DNA of 64,000 bases from a virus (lineage: Duplodnaviria; Caudoviricetes), in the IMG/VR virus record IMGVR_UViG_3300009712_000884, positions 7,795-71,794 of that record; one strand, written 5' to 3'. Made by a program: the position numbers and the translations under genes. Of the stretch, positions 39,476-48,589 are shown in pieces. The notes beneath the pieces were generated by a model. It was not told the origin of the DNA. It did not search any database and worked only from the letters and a program-made list of their open reading frames with translations. Every line of letters starts with the position of its first letter. The stretch's first letter is position 1.

Positions 39476-40393
39476 ATGAAAAGCGATACAAAACTTGTTT
39501 ATTGTCTGATGACTTGGAATAGACACTGTGAAGTTATACAGTGTGTACAAAATGTACGTCCACATGTGGATAGAGTTGTTGTAGTTGATGCAGGCAGTGA
39601 GGATGATACAATAATTTATTTACGCAACAGAGGTGATGTAGAACTGTATATTACCGAATGGAAAGATAATTTTTCTGAATTACGAAATAAGTATCTGGAA
39701 AAAGTAGATACAGGTGATTGGGTATTGGTGTCTGATCCCGATGAGTGGTTTTTACCTGCTACTTTGCAAGCGTTAAGACAGCTGGTGGAAAAAGGAGAAA
39801 AAGAAAATATACACATGTTTGGATTTCAATGTGTGAGTGTAACATTAAGAGGTGATGTTGTCGTATCTAGAAATCTTGATACATATTGGAAAGGTTTGTT
39901 ATTCAAAAAGTTTGAAGATACAAAATATGTTAATTCACCTCACGAAACACTTGTTTATCAAAATGGCAGAGGTTATGAGTTGGCTAGGACACCTTATCTG
40001 TATACACATGTAAAACAAGAGAATGTAATTTGGAAAAGAGGAGCGAGAAACTTTTTTATCGGTGGTGGAGGGCCTAATCTTGGTGAGAGAAATGCAATTT
40101 GGAAACCTTTTAGAGAATTGGTAAAACAGAAAACAGGGATTAATACATGGGATGAGTTTAATAAGTATTTATTAAGAGGTAATATTGACGAAGAAATAAA
40201 GAAATGGATAATGGAACACGCCGCCGAGGGATTAAAAAAGGGTGAGCAAAACTATGATGGTAGTAGTGAAGTTCGAGAGGTTGCAAAACTTTACTATTTG
40301 ATTTATCATCCCGAAGAGCTTGAGCTGGATAAAATACCTGAAGAAGTAAAAGAGGAGTATAAAAATGTTTTAAAAATAGAAGGAGGTGAATGA
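39476..40393 (+). CDS. Glycosyltransferase, GT2-like
   Basis: VVVVDAGSEDDT, NFSELRN, SDPDE, PHE. Confidence 0.82.
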   Translation: MKSDTKLVYCLMTWNRHCEVIQCVQNVRPHVDRVVVVDAGSEDDTIIYLRNRGDVELYITEWKDNFSELRNKYLEKVDTGDWVLVSDPDEWFLPATLQALRQLVEKGEKENIHMFGFQCVSVTLRGDVVVSRNLDTYWKGLLFKKFEDTKYVNSPHETLVYQNGRGYELARTPYLYTHVKQENVIWKRGARNFFIGGGGPNLGERNAIWKPFRELVKQKTGINTWDEFNKYLLRGNIDEEIKKWIMEHAAEGLKKGEQNYDGSSEVREVAKLYYLIYHPEELELDKIPEEVKEEYKNVLKIEGGE

Positions 40394-40610
40394 AATGTCG
40401 GGAAGTGAAAGACTTAGTTCGGGAATAGATCGGATACTGTCTAGGCGTTACAGAGGAGGGCTGGGAAGAAATAGAGGAAATAAACCAGGAGCAGGTCCTT
40501 TTGGAAAATGTGTTTGTCCAGATTGTGGAGCAACAGTTTCACATAGAACAGGTGTACCTTGTTATACAATAGAGTGTCCTAAATGTGGAACTCGAATGAG
40601 AAGAGAATGA
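40386..40610 (+). CDS. Small Gly/Arg-rich Zn-ribbon protein
   Basis: GPFGKCVCPDCG...GVPC..IECPKCG, a pattern common in anaerobes. Confidence 0.6.
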   Translation: MNEMSGSERLSSGIDRILSRRYRGGLGRNRGNKPGAGPFGKCVCPDCGATVSHRTGVPCYTIECPKCGTRMRRE

Positions 40611-40656
40611 ATATAATTGTGTTGCTATCTTTTCTTTTTGAGATTGGAGGAGTGAA

Positions 40657-42756
40657 ATGGTAAAGAGTGTTCGAAAAAGAGATGGAAGGATTGTTAGATT
40701 TGATGTAAGTAATGTTGAAAATGCAATATACAAAGCTGGTTGTGTAACAGGTGAATTTGATAGATCAGTAGCTGCAAAGCTTGCATTGAAGGTTGTTGGT
40801 GTACTTGAAACAGTGTATAGTGATAAAGAAGTAGTTGTACCTACTGTTGAACAGGTTCAAGATATAGTAGAAGAAGTTTTGTTATTATCACCATATAGAA
40901 AGACAGCTAAAGCATATATTGTTTACAGAGAACAGCATAAAAAACTTAGAGAAATAACTACAAAAGCAAGTGTAGATTTGATTGACAGGTATTTGAAGAA
41001 GGAAGATTGGCAAGTAAATGAAAATAGTAACATGAGTTTTGCGTTACAGGGTTTGAATAATTATGTATCATCGGAGTTGATGAAAACATATTGGCTTTAT
41101 TCAATTTATCCTGCTGAGATTCGAGAAGCGTATTTGAATGGTGATTTTCACATTCATGATCTCGGGTTTTTAGGTGTTTACTGTGTGGGGTGGGATTTAC
41201 AAGATTTACTTTTGAGAGGTTTTGGCGGTGTAAGTAATAAGGTTGAGAGCAAACCTGTAAAACATTTTCGAACTGCATTAGGTCATATTATTAACTTTTT
41301 TTATACATTACAAGGTGAAGCAGCAGGTGCTCAGGCGTTCAGTAACTTTGATACATTGCTTGCTCCTTTTGTTAGATATGATAAGTTGAGTTATAAAGAA
41401 GTAAAACAAGCGATACAGGAGTTTGTGTTTAATATGAATATTCCTACTCGTGTGGGTTTTCAAAGTCCTTTTACAAATTTGACTTTTGATTTAAAAGTGC
41501 CGGAGATTTATAAAAACCAGCCAGTTGTTGTTGGAGGAGAGACACAGAATGTAACTTATGGTGAATTTCAGAAAGAAATGGATATGGTAAATAAAGCATT
41601 CTTTGAGATTATGCTTGAAGGAGATGCAAAAGGACGAGTTTTTACGTTTCCAATACCTACATATAATATAACAAAAGATTTTGATTGGAATAATGAAGTT
41701 CTAGATTTGCTCTGGGAAATGACTGGTAAATATGGTATTCCTTATTTTTCTAATTTTGTAAATTCTGATATGAAACCAAGTGATGTAAGGAGTATGTGTT
41801 GTAGATTAAGATTACAGATAAATGAATTAAAGAGAAGAGGAGGAGGACTTTTTGGGGCGAATCCTTTAACTGGAAGTGTCGGAGTTGTTACCATTAATTT
41901 ACCAAGAATCGGATATTTATCAAAAACAAAGGAAGAATTTAAGACTGGACTGAATGATGTAATGGAACTTGCAAAAGAGAGTTTGGAGATAAAAAGGAAA
42001 GTTCTTGAAAGATTTACAGAAATAGATCTTTATCCGTATTCAAAATTTTATTTAAGAAGTATTAAAGAAAGATTTGGAAGGTATTGGGTTAATCATTTTT
42101 CTACTATCGGAATTATTGGAATGAATGAAGCGTGTTTAAATCTTCTAGGTAAAGATCTAGGAACTGAAGAAGGAATTGAGTTTGCGGTTGAGATTATGAA
42201 GTTTATGAGAGAAAAGTTGATTAAGTTTCAGGAGGAAACAGGTAATTTCTATAATCTTGAAGCGACCCCGGCGGAAGGAACAAGTTATCGTCTTGCAAAA
42301 ATAGATAAAAATAAATATCCGGATATAATTGTTGCAAACGAAAGTCAAGTAAAAGATGGAGCAGAGCCGTTTTATACGAATTCTACATATTTACCTGTGG
42401 ATTATACAGATGATGTGTTTGAATTGCTTGAAAAACAGGATAAACTCCAGTCACTTTATACAGGTGGTACAGTTGTTCATGTTTTTGTTGGAGAAAGGAT
42501 AGAGTCGAGGGAAAGTGTTAAAAAACTTGTAAAGACAATTTGTGAGAATTTTACTTTACCTTATTTTACAATAACTCCTACATTTAGTGTTTGTTCTAAA
42601 GATGGATATTTAAGTGGTGAGTATAACAATTGTCCTAAATGTGGGACGATAACAGAGATTTATTCAAGAGTTGTTGGATATTTGAGACCTGTAAGCCAGT
42701 GGAATAAAGGTAAGCAAGAGGAGTTTAGTATAAGAAAGAAACTAAGGATAACTTGA
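40657..42756 (+). CDS. nrdD: Anaerobic (class III) ribonucleoside-triphosphate reductase with ATP cone
   Basis: VRKRDGR ATP cone; HIHDL; SMCCRL; EATPAEG; CPKCG; glycyl-radical loop YSRVVGYLRP. Confidence 0.96.
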   Translation: MVKSVRKRDGRIVRFDVSNVENAIYKAGCVTGEFDRSVAAKLALKVVGVLETVYSDKEVVVPTVEQVQDIVEEVLLLSPYRKTAKAYIVYREQHKKLREITTKASVDLIDRYLKKEDWQVNENSNMSFALQGLNNYVSSELMKTYWLYSIYPAEIREAYLNGDFHIHDLGFLGVYCVGWDLQDLLLRGFGGVSNKVESKPVKHFRTALGHIINFFYTLQGEAAGAQAFSNFDTLLAPFVRYDKLSYKEVKQAIQEFVFNMNIPTRVGFQSPFTNLTFDLKVPEIYKNQPVVVGGETQNVTYGEFQKEMDMVNKAFFEIMLEGDAKGRVFTFPIPTYNITKDFDWNNEVLDLLWEMTGKYGIPYFSNFVNSDMKPSDVRSMCCRLRLQINELKRRGGGLFGANPLTGSVGVVTINLPRIGYLSKTKEEFKTGLNDVMELAKESLEIKRKVLERFTEIDLYPYSKFYLRSIKERFGRYWVNHFSTIGIIGMNEACLNLLGKDLGTEEGIEFAVEIMKFMREKLIKFQEETGNFYNLEATPAEGTSYRLAKIDKNKYPDIIVANESQVKDGAEPFYTNSTYLPVDYTDDVFELLEKQDKLQSLYTGGTVVHVFVGERIESRESVKKLVKTICENFTLPYFTITPTFSVCSKDGYLSGEYNNCPKCGTITEIYSRVVGYLRPVSQWNKGKQEEFSIRKKLRIT

Positions 42757-42769
42757 GTCAGTTATTAAG

Positions 42770-43075
42770 ATGTGTTCAGAAACATGGGGATACATGTTAA
42801 CTAAAAGAATAGTTACAAAGTTACGAAAAGATTTAGAGCTTGAAGTTTGCTGTTTACGTAGAAGTGATGGTCTTTTTGAATATTCTGAAAAAACTGGAAG
42901 TTTTGTGATTAAGATTTCAAAGAGATTATCATTTCAGAGAAAACTTTCGGTTTTGGTACACGAGATTATTCATTATTTAACAGAAAAAGGTTATGTAAAG
43001 GAAGATGACGAAAAAATAGCTTCAATAGCGGAGACAATAGTCGAGAAAGCTGTAATAAAATTAATGAAGGAGTAA
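42770..43075 (+). CDS. Small HExxH protein (IrrE/ImmA-like metallopeptidase fold)
   Basis: VLVHEIIH. Confidence 0.5.
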   Translation: MCSETWGYMLTKRIVTKLRKDLELEVCCLRRSDGLFEYSEKTGSFVIKISKRLSFQRKLSVLVHEIIHYLTEKGYVKEDDEKIASIAETIVEKAVIKLMKE

Positions 43076-43083
43076 AGGAGGAT

Positions 43084-43305
43084 GTGGTAAAAAGGGTAAT
43101 GAGATTTTTGGATTGTATAGCAGAGAGTTTGTGTTCTTGTGAAACAAGAGATAATATAGTTTTTCAAGGTTTAGATATTATTATTCAATGTGGAGAGTTT
43201 ATTTTTTCAATTTTTGACGAGTATTGTTCAATACTCAAAGAGTGTTCTTCGATGTTTAAGAAGTGTTTTTTGGTATTCAAAGAGTATCTTTCAAAATTTA
43301 AGTAG
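43084..43305 (+). CDS. Hypothetical protein
   Basis: AAGGAGG RBS; 73 aa. Confidence 0.4.
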   Translation: MVKRVMRFLDCIAESLCSCETRDNIVFQGLDIIIQCGEFIFSIFDEYCSILKECSSMFKKCFLVFKEYLSKFK

Positions 43306-43360
43306 TGGTTGCAGTGCTGGGATAGTCCTAGTATACTATTACAGAGAAAAGGAGGAGGAT

Positions 43361-44092
43361 ATGGCAAAGAAAGCGATTGTTTTACATAGTGGTGGGCTTG
43401 ATTCAACTGTTTTGTTGTTTCATGTGTTAAAAAATCTTGGTTTTGATGTGTCAGAGGTCGTTACATTGTCGGTGTATTATGGACAAAGGCATGCACGTGA
43501 GCTTAAGGCAGCACAGGAGTTAAACCGTATACTGGGTGTAGAGCATTTTGAAATACAAATACCTACTGAAAAGATATTCTCTACTTCAGCATTGGTGGAT
43601 AAGAGCAAGGAATTACCTAATCAACATTATACACATGAAAATCAGAAAGTTACAGTTGTTCCGAATAGAAATATGATTTTGTTAAGCTTTGCGATAGCGT
43701 ATGCGGAGAACATCGGTGCCAAGTTTGTGTATTATGCAGCTCATAAGAATGATTACACTATTTATCCTGATTGTAGACCTGAGTTTGTTGAAGTAATAGA
43801 TAAAGCGTCACAGGTAGGTACATATAATCAAGTTAATGTATGTGCACCTTTTGTTGATTTATACAAGGCAGATATTGTTTCAATAGGTTTGAAACTTGAT
43901 GTGCCTTTCGAGTTGACATGGTCTTGCTACAATGGTGGTGAATTTCCATGTAGTTTTAAGAACACGAAATCGTTTGAAGAAGTTCTAGGTAAAGGATGTG
44001 CAACGTGCCAGGAAAGGAATGAGGCATTTTTTGTTAATAAAGTAGTAGATCCTCTTTATAATAAGTATTTATCGACAGTGAGTGTATTATGA
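43361..44092 (+). CDS. queC: 7-cyano-7-deazaguanine (preQ0) synthase
   Basis: SGGLDS, YGQRH, VPNRN, YPDCRPEF, TWSCY...CATC.ER; start at ATG 43361 (GGAGGAGG RBS). Confidence 0.94.
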   Translation: MAKKAIVLHSGGLDSTVLLFHVLKNLGFDVSEVVTLSVYYGQRHARELKAAQELNRILGVEHFEIQIPTEKIFSTSALVDKSKELPNQHYTHENQKVTVVPNRNMILLSFAIAYAENIGAKFVYYAAHKNDYTIYPDCRPEFVEVIDKASQVGTYNQVNVCAPFVDLYKADIVSIGLKLDVPFELTWSCYNGGEFPCSFKNTKSFEEVLGKGCATCQERNEAFFVNKVVDPLYNKYLSTVSVL

Positions 44093-44706
44093 GACGAACT
44101 GACGAAGAACTACAAGAATTAGTTAAACAAGTAAAACGAGGTTCAGAGGAAGCGTTTGGTATACTGTTGGAAGAATTTATATATTTGATTTATGCAGTAA
44201 TAGTAAGACAGGCGCGTGGTTGGCCGGATTCGTTTGAACATTTAAAATGTGATGTTGTAAGAGTTTTTTATGAGTTGATTATGAGGTATGATCCAGAGTT
44301 AACAGATTCATTTAGAAAATATATTAGTTCAGCAATATTCTGGTATGTCGATAATTACAAGAAACAAGCGTTTTCTTTAACATTAAGGAGTTCAACAGGA
44401 GATTTGGAAAGCAATAAAAGAAGTAAACGAAGACCGAAAATATCTACCAAGACGTCATTTTGGTTTGACGAACTTCAAGATGTGTTGAAAAGAAAGTTTC
44501 CTGAACATTTAAAAAAGAAATATCCTAATTATTTTAAGATGTTTTGTTTGTATTATGTTGAAGGATATACACAACAACAGATTGCTTATGAGTGTGGTTG
44601 TAGTCAGACTTTAGTAAGTTTAACATTGACAGAGGTTGTAAGATGGTTACGCAGATCTCGTTTTTGTAAGAAGTTGTTCAAAGGAGCATACTATGCCAAC
44701 ATATGA
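44089..44706 (+). CDS. Second phage sigma70-family factor
   Basis: LQELVKQVKRGSEEAFGILL, FRKYI, YYVEGYTQQQIA. Confidence 0.65.
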   Translation: MRRTDEELQELVKQVKRGSEEAFGILLEEFIYLIYAVIVRQARGWPDSFEHLKCDVVRVFYELIMRYDPELTDSFRKYISSAIFWYVDNYKKQAFSLTLRSSTGDLESNKRSKRRPKISTKTSFWFDELQDVLKRKFPEHLKKKYPNYFKMFCLYYVEGYTQQQIAYECGCSQTLVSLTLTEVVRWLRRSRFCKKLFKGAYYANI

Positions 44707-45115
44707 ATACGAATGTAAAGTTTGTGGTCATAAGTTTGAATGTTTTCAGAAGATGTCAGACGAGACTCTAAAGGAATGCCCTAGATGTAAAGGTGAGTTA
44801 AGGCGTTTGATTTTCGGCGGTACAGGTATTATATATAAGAGTAAGGGTTTTAAAAAGGTTGACTTTCGTGTTGAAGATGAAATGAAGTTAGTTAAGAAAG
44901 CTTTGTTGGATGAAAGACCAATTACTGAAACTGAGCATGAAGTAGCAATGGAACAATTGGAGAAGAGATGTGATAGACTGGGTTTAGATAAGGAAACAGT
45001 GATGGCTGAAATGCATGGTGCCCAAAGGAAAAAGTTAACAGAGAAAGATAAAGAAGAACGAAGAAAGAAAGCTTTAGAACAGAGAAAACTTATTGAAAAA
45101 CAAGGGAGGAGTTAG
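44693..45115 (+). CDS. FmdB-family Zn-ribbon protein
   Basis: MPTYEYECKVCGHKFE...CPRCKGELRRLI. Confidence 0.8.
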   Translation: MPTYEYECKVCGHKFECFQKMSDETLKECPRCKGELRRLIFGGTGIIYKSKGFKKVDFRVEDEMKLVKKALLDERPITETEHEVAMEQLEKRCDRLGLDKETVMAEMHGAQRKKLTEKDKEERRKKALEQRKLIEKQGRS

Positions 45116-45116
45116 A

Positions 45117-45716
45117 ATGCCACGTCCAAGACCTGATTTACCTGAAGAAGAAGTACAAAAACTGGTTGAGGAAGCACAGAAGCAAAAGGAATATCCAATA
45201 TGCGGCTATGTATCATTAAAATCTGATGGTGCAATTACAGTATGTAAGATGAAAGCAGGTTGGGGTACACAACATCCTGGTGTGGGATATTGTAGAAAAC
45301 ATGGTGGTGTAGGTCGACCTATTGTAACAGGTTTATACTTAAAGTACAAACCCGGTAAAGAATTGAAAACACTTTATCAGAAAGCTCAGGAGTTACATGT
45401 AAAACAGATCCAGGATCACTTGGAGACTTTGCGTTTAATAAAAGTCGTCGTAACAGAATTATCACAGACGGTTGATTTAAATCCTGTTCGAGTTGATGAG
45501 TTGTTGAAATCATTAACTGTGCTGTTGAAAGCCGAAGAACTGCAGTTGAAAGCACAGGAAAAAAACATGTTTACAGTGGAGCAGGTTCTAAGTTTTGTAG
45601 GTCAGATTATACGTATTATTGAGGAAACAGTTGAAGAACCCGCGTTGATTACAAAGCTTTTAATGAAGATAAAAGAAAAGGTTGTTTTGTTTGAACGCGG
45701 AGAGGTGAATGAGTAA
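45117..45716 (+). CDS. Terminase small subunit (probable)
   Basis: CG...C...AG.GT.HPG.GYCRKHGG motif, immediately upstream of TerL; start at ATG 45117. Confidence 0.65.
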   Translation: MPRPRPDLPEEEVQKLVEEAQKQKEYPICGYVSLKSDGAITVCKMKAGWGTQHPGVGYCRKHGGVGRPIVTGLYLKYKPGKELKTLYQKAQELHVKQIQDHLETLRLIKVVVTELSQTVDLNPVRVDELLKSLTVLLKAEELQLKAQEKNMFTVEQVLSFVGQIIRIIEETVEEPALITKLLMKIKEKVVLFERGEVNE

Positions 45717-47502
45717 AAAGACGAAGAATTTACAGCTTGTTGAAGCATTGACTGGTTTGATTGATCAGGAGATATCAAAGTATCAGTCGGGTAATAAAAT
45801 ATGGGAGGAAAAACCAGTTGATGTTGAAGAGTTTGTGTATTCACCCGGTTTTCTTAACTGGAAAAATCAAGTATATCCTGGTGTAATAGAGGATTTAAAG
45901 AATGTTTTTGTGTTTGATGACGAGGGAAAGTTAAAACACAATGAGGTTGTGTTGATTGAAGGTTTGGGTAGCGGAAAATCACAGTTTGCTGCAATTGTGT
46001 TGATATATTGTGTTTACAGACTTTTGTGTTTACGTAAGCCTCAAACTTTTTATGGTTTAGCAGAAGGTGACAGAATACAGTTGATAAATTGTTCACCGTC
46101 TGCAGATCAGGCAAGAAAAGTTGTATTTACATATGTTGCTAATCATGTTAAAAGATGTGAGTGGTTTAAAAAGAAAGGTTATTTACCCGATCCAAATGTT
46201 GAGTCAGAACTGAGATTTCCAAAAGGTGTGTATATAACTCCTGGTAGCAGTACAGCTCGTACAATTATTGGTTCAAATCTTTTAGTAGCTGTTGTTGATG
46301 AGATGGCGTTTTTTGATCGAACAAAAGAGCACGACCAAGCAGAAGAGTTGTATACAACATTATCAGGTAGAATGAAAAGTAGATTTGGGTTGCAATATTT
46401 GTTTATTGGTGTTTCTTCTGCACAATATATTGATGATTTCATTGAAGAACTGTTTAAAAAGAATCAGTTGAATGAAAGAGGCTATGTTAAAAGAAGAGCT
46501 GTGTGGGAAGCAAAACCTGTTTCAGCATACCAAGGTCAAAAATTTCCTTTTAATGTTATTGGTAGTGATGGTACAGTTGTTGAAACATTGGAGGTACCAG
46601 TTGAGTATGAAACAGAATTCAAGCTCAACCCTTCACTGGCTTTGAGAGATCTAGCAGCAAGACCTTCATTAACAATACAACCATTTTTAAAAGAGTTTGA
46701 TAAAGTATTAATTAGTATAAATAAAGCACGTGTAAATCCGTTGCCTGAATGTGTTGACGCGTATGGTAATCCCGAACCTATCTCTCCTTTACAAGCTTAT
46801 TTACGATTACCAGATTGGTTTAAAGGTAAGGAAGATGTAAAATATGTGATTGGTCTTGACCTTGCGAAAGGTGTAAAGGATAAATGTGGTTTTGCTTTGG
46901 TGCGTTTGGATAGATATGACGACAGAGTGAGATTTGATGCCGAAGGAAGACAAGTAGTAGTGAAGTTACCAGTTGTGTACGTTGATCTTGTAACACGGTT
47001 TGTTGCACAACCGGATAGTGAGATTGACTTTTCAGAAATCAGAGAGTTTATTCATAAATTAAATATTGAAAAAGGGTTTCGTGTTCACCTTATAGTTTCC
47101 GATACTTATCAAAGTCTTGATTTTAAGCAAATTATGTTAAGCATGGGATATAGGTTTGAGGAGTTTAGTGTTGATTCACATCGGATTGCATATGACACAT
47201 TTCAAAGTCTGGTTTATGATAGTAGACTTGATTGGTATGACCATACACCTTTGTTGTGGGAGTTACAGCGATTAGAAGACCAAGGAACAAAAGTAGATCA
47301 CAGTCGTACTTCTACAAAGGATATGGCTGATGCACTTGTTATTGCATGTTATTTTGCCGTGGGTGAAAAAACAATAAAACTTTCAGGCGATTCATTAAAA
47401 CGAAGAAGTATAAAAGGCGCGACAGCGAGAGGTGTATTTTCAGTAGATACGCCTTTTAGTAGTAATCCTAACGGCATGAATATTAGAAAAATTTTACCGT
47501 GA
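45709..47502 (+). CDS. terL: Terminase large subunit
   Basis: Walker A GLGSGKS, Walker B VVDE, nuclease IGLDLA and KDMADA. Confidence 0.88.
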   Translation: MSKKTKNLQLVEALTGLIDQEISKYQSGNKIWEEKPVDVEEFVYSPGFLNWKNQVYPGVIEDLKNVFVFDDEGKLKHNEVVLIEGLGSGKSQFAAIVLIYCVYRLLCLRKPQTFYGLAEGDRIQLINCSPSADQARKVVFTYVANHVKRCEWFKKKGYLPDPNVESELRFPKGVYITPGSSTARTIIGSNLLVAVVDEMAFFDRTKEHDQAEELYTTLSGRMKSRFGLQYLFIGVSSAQYIDDFIEELFKKNQLNERGYVKRRAVWEAKPVSAYQGQKFPFNVIGSDGTVVETLEVPVEYETEFKLNPSLALRDLAARPSLTIQPFLKEFDKVLISINKARVNPLPECVDAYGNPEPISPLQAYLRLPDWFKGKEDVKYVIGLDLAKGVKDKCGFALVRLDRYDDRVRFDAEGRQVVVKLPVVYVDLVTRFVAQPDSEIDFSEIREFIHKLNIEKGFRVHLIVSDTYQSLDFKQIMLSMGYRFEEFSVDSHRIAYDTFQSLVYDSRLDWYDHTPLLWELQRLEDQGTKVDHSRTSTKDMADALVIACYFAVGEKTIKLSGDSLKRRSIKGATARGVFSVDTPFSSNPNGMNIRKILP

Positions 47503-47534
47503 TACAGTATAATAATATAACAAAGGAGTGAAAC

Positions 47535-48569
47535 ATGAGAACAAATACAGTTTTCGGTAAGTTAGCAGTTGCGGTAAACGAACAGTATGGAAGAATCGGT
47601 GATATGAATAAGTTTGTGGAATCATCACAGAAGGTTATAACTCACGACATGATACTAAAGGATGTTAAAGTAAGTGTGAATGGTTGTTTAGCAGTACAAG
47701 GTGTGAGTGATAATGGTGTGAAGTACGATAATTTGAAAGTAACAGGTATGGGTCTGAGAAGCTTGTGTGTTTATCTAGGAATTCCGTTTTCATATATTGT
47801 AAGAATAAGTGAATCGTTAGCTCTTTTGAATGTTGAGAGTTTGTTAAACGAAAGAATGGCAGGTGGAATGGTAAAGGTGTTTACATTACAGGAAGATGGC
47901 GAAAAATATGTTGTTGGTTTTACAAATCCCGAGTATGAACCTGTAAGACTTTCTTCAATAATTCAGTTGATTGAAAGATCAGAGATTTTAAGGTTTAAAG
48001 AAGCACGAGTGTCAGATTGTGCTGTTGATGTTGATCTAGTTGTTACCGAGCAGTTACAAGATATGCAAAAAGACGAGTATAGTTATGGTGTATCAATGGT
48101 TATATCGGAACCTGGTTTCTATCCTACATTTATGGTAAGACCTTATTTTATGAGAATGATGTGTACGAATGGTATTGTTGTACCAATCAGAGTTGGTGGT
48201 TTTAAGAGAGGTCGATTTTCGGCTGATACAGCATTAAACGTTTTACAGAGTTTTGTAGAGGATAGAGATAGGTTTCAGAATATGCTGGGTGGTTTGGATA
48301 GACCTTTGAAAAAGGGTGAGTTGTATGAAGGTGCAGTGCTGGTGAAAAAAGTTAACAAAGATTTAATTTCAAGTAAGTGTGGTATTTCATATGAAGAGTT
48401 TTTGAAATTAGTACATGACACAAAGGAGTATAAGCACGGTGAGGAAGTACAAAAACCTACACGGAAAGAGTTGTTTAACAATATGTCTGAACTAGGAAGA
48501 GATATTAAAGAAGTTGAGTTAGCAAGAGAATTTAGGGTTTTTGCAGGTAAATTAATACAGATGAATTAA
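47535..48569 (+). CDS. DUF932-like phage protein
   Basis: RMMCTNG motif. Confidence 0.5.
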   Translation: MRTNTVFGKLAVAVNEQYGRIGDMNKFVESSQKVITHDMILKDVKVSVNGCLAVQGVSDNGVKYDNLKVTGMGLRSLCVYLGIPFSYIVRISESLALLNVESLLNERMAGGMVKVFTLQEDGEKYVVGFTNPEYEPVRLSSIIQLIERSEILRFKEARVSDCAVDVDLVVTEQLQDMQKDEYSYGVSMVISEPGFYPTFMVRPYFMRMMCTNGIVVPIRVGGFKRGRFSADTALNVLQSFVEDRDRFQNMLGGLDRPLKKGELYEGAVLVKKVNKDLISSKCGISYEEFLKLVHDTKEYKHGEEVQKPTRKELFNNMSELGRDIKEVELAREFRVFAGKLIQMN

Positions 48570-48589
48570 CAAACAAAGAGGAGAAGATA

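Noticed and set aside
4086-47502. Inteins or introns in helicase, PolA, RecA, NrdD or terminase
   Set aside because: Protein lengths are normal and no splicing or homing-endonuclease motifs were seen
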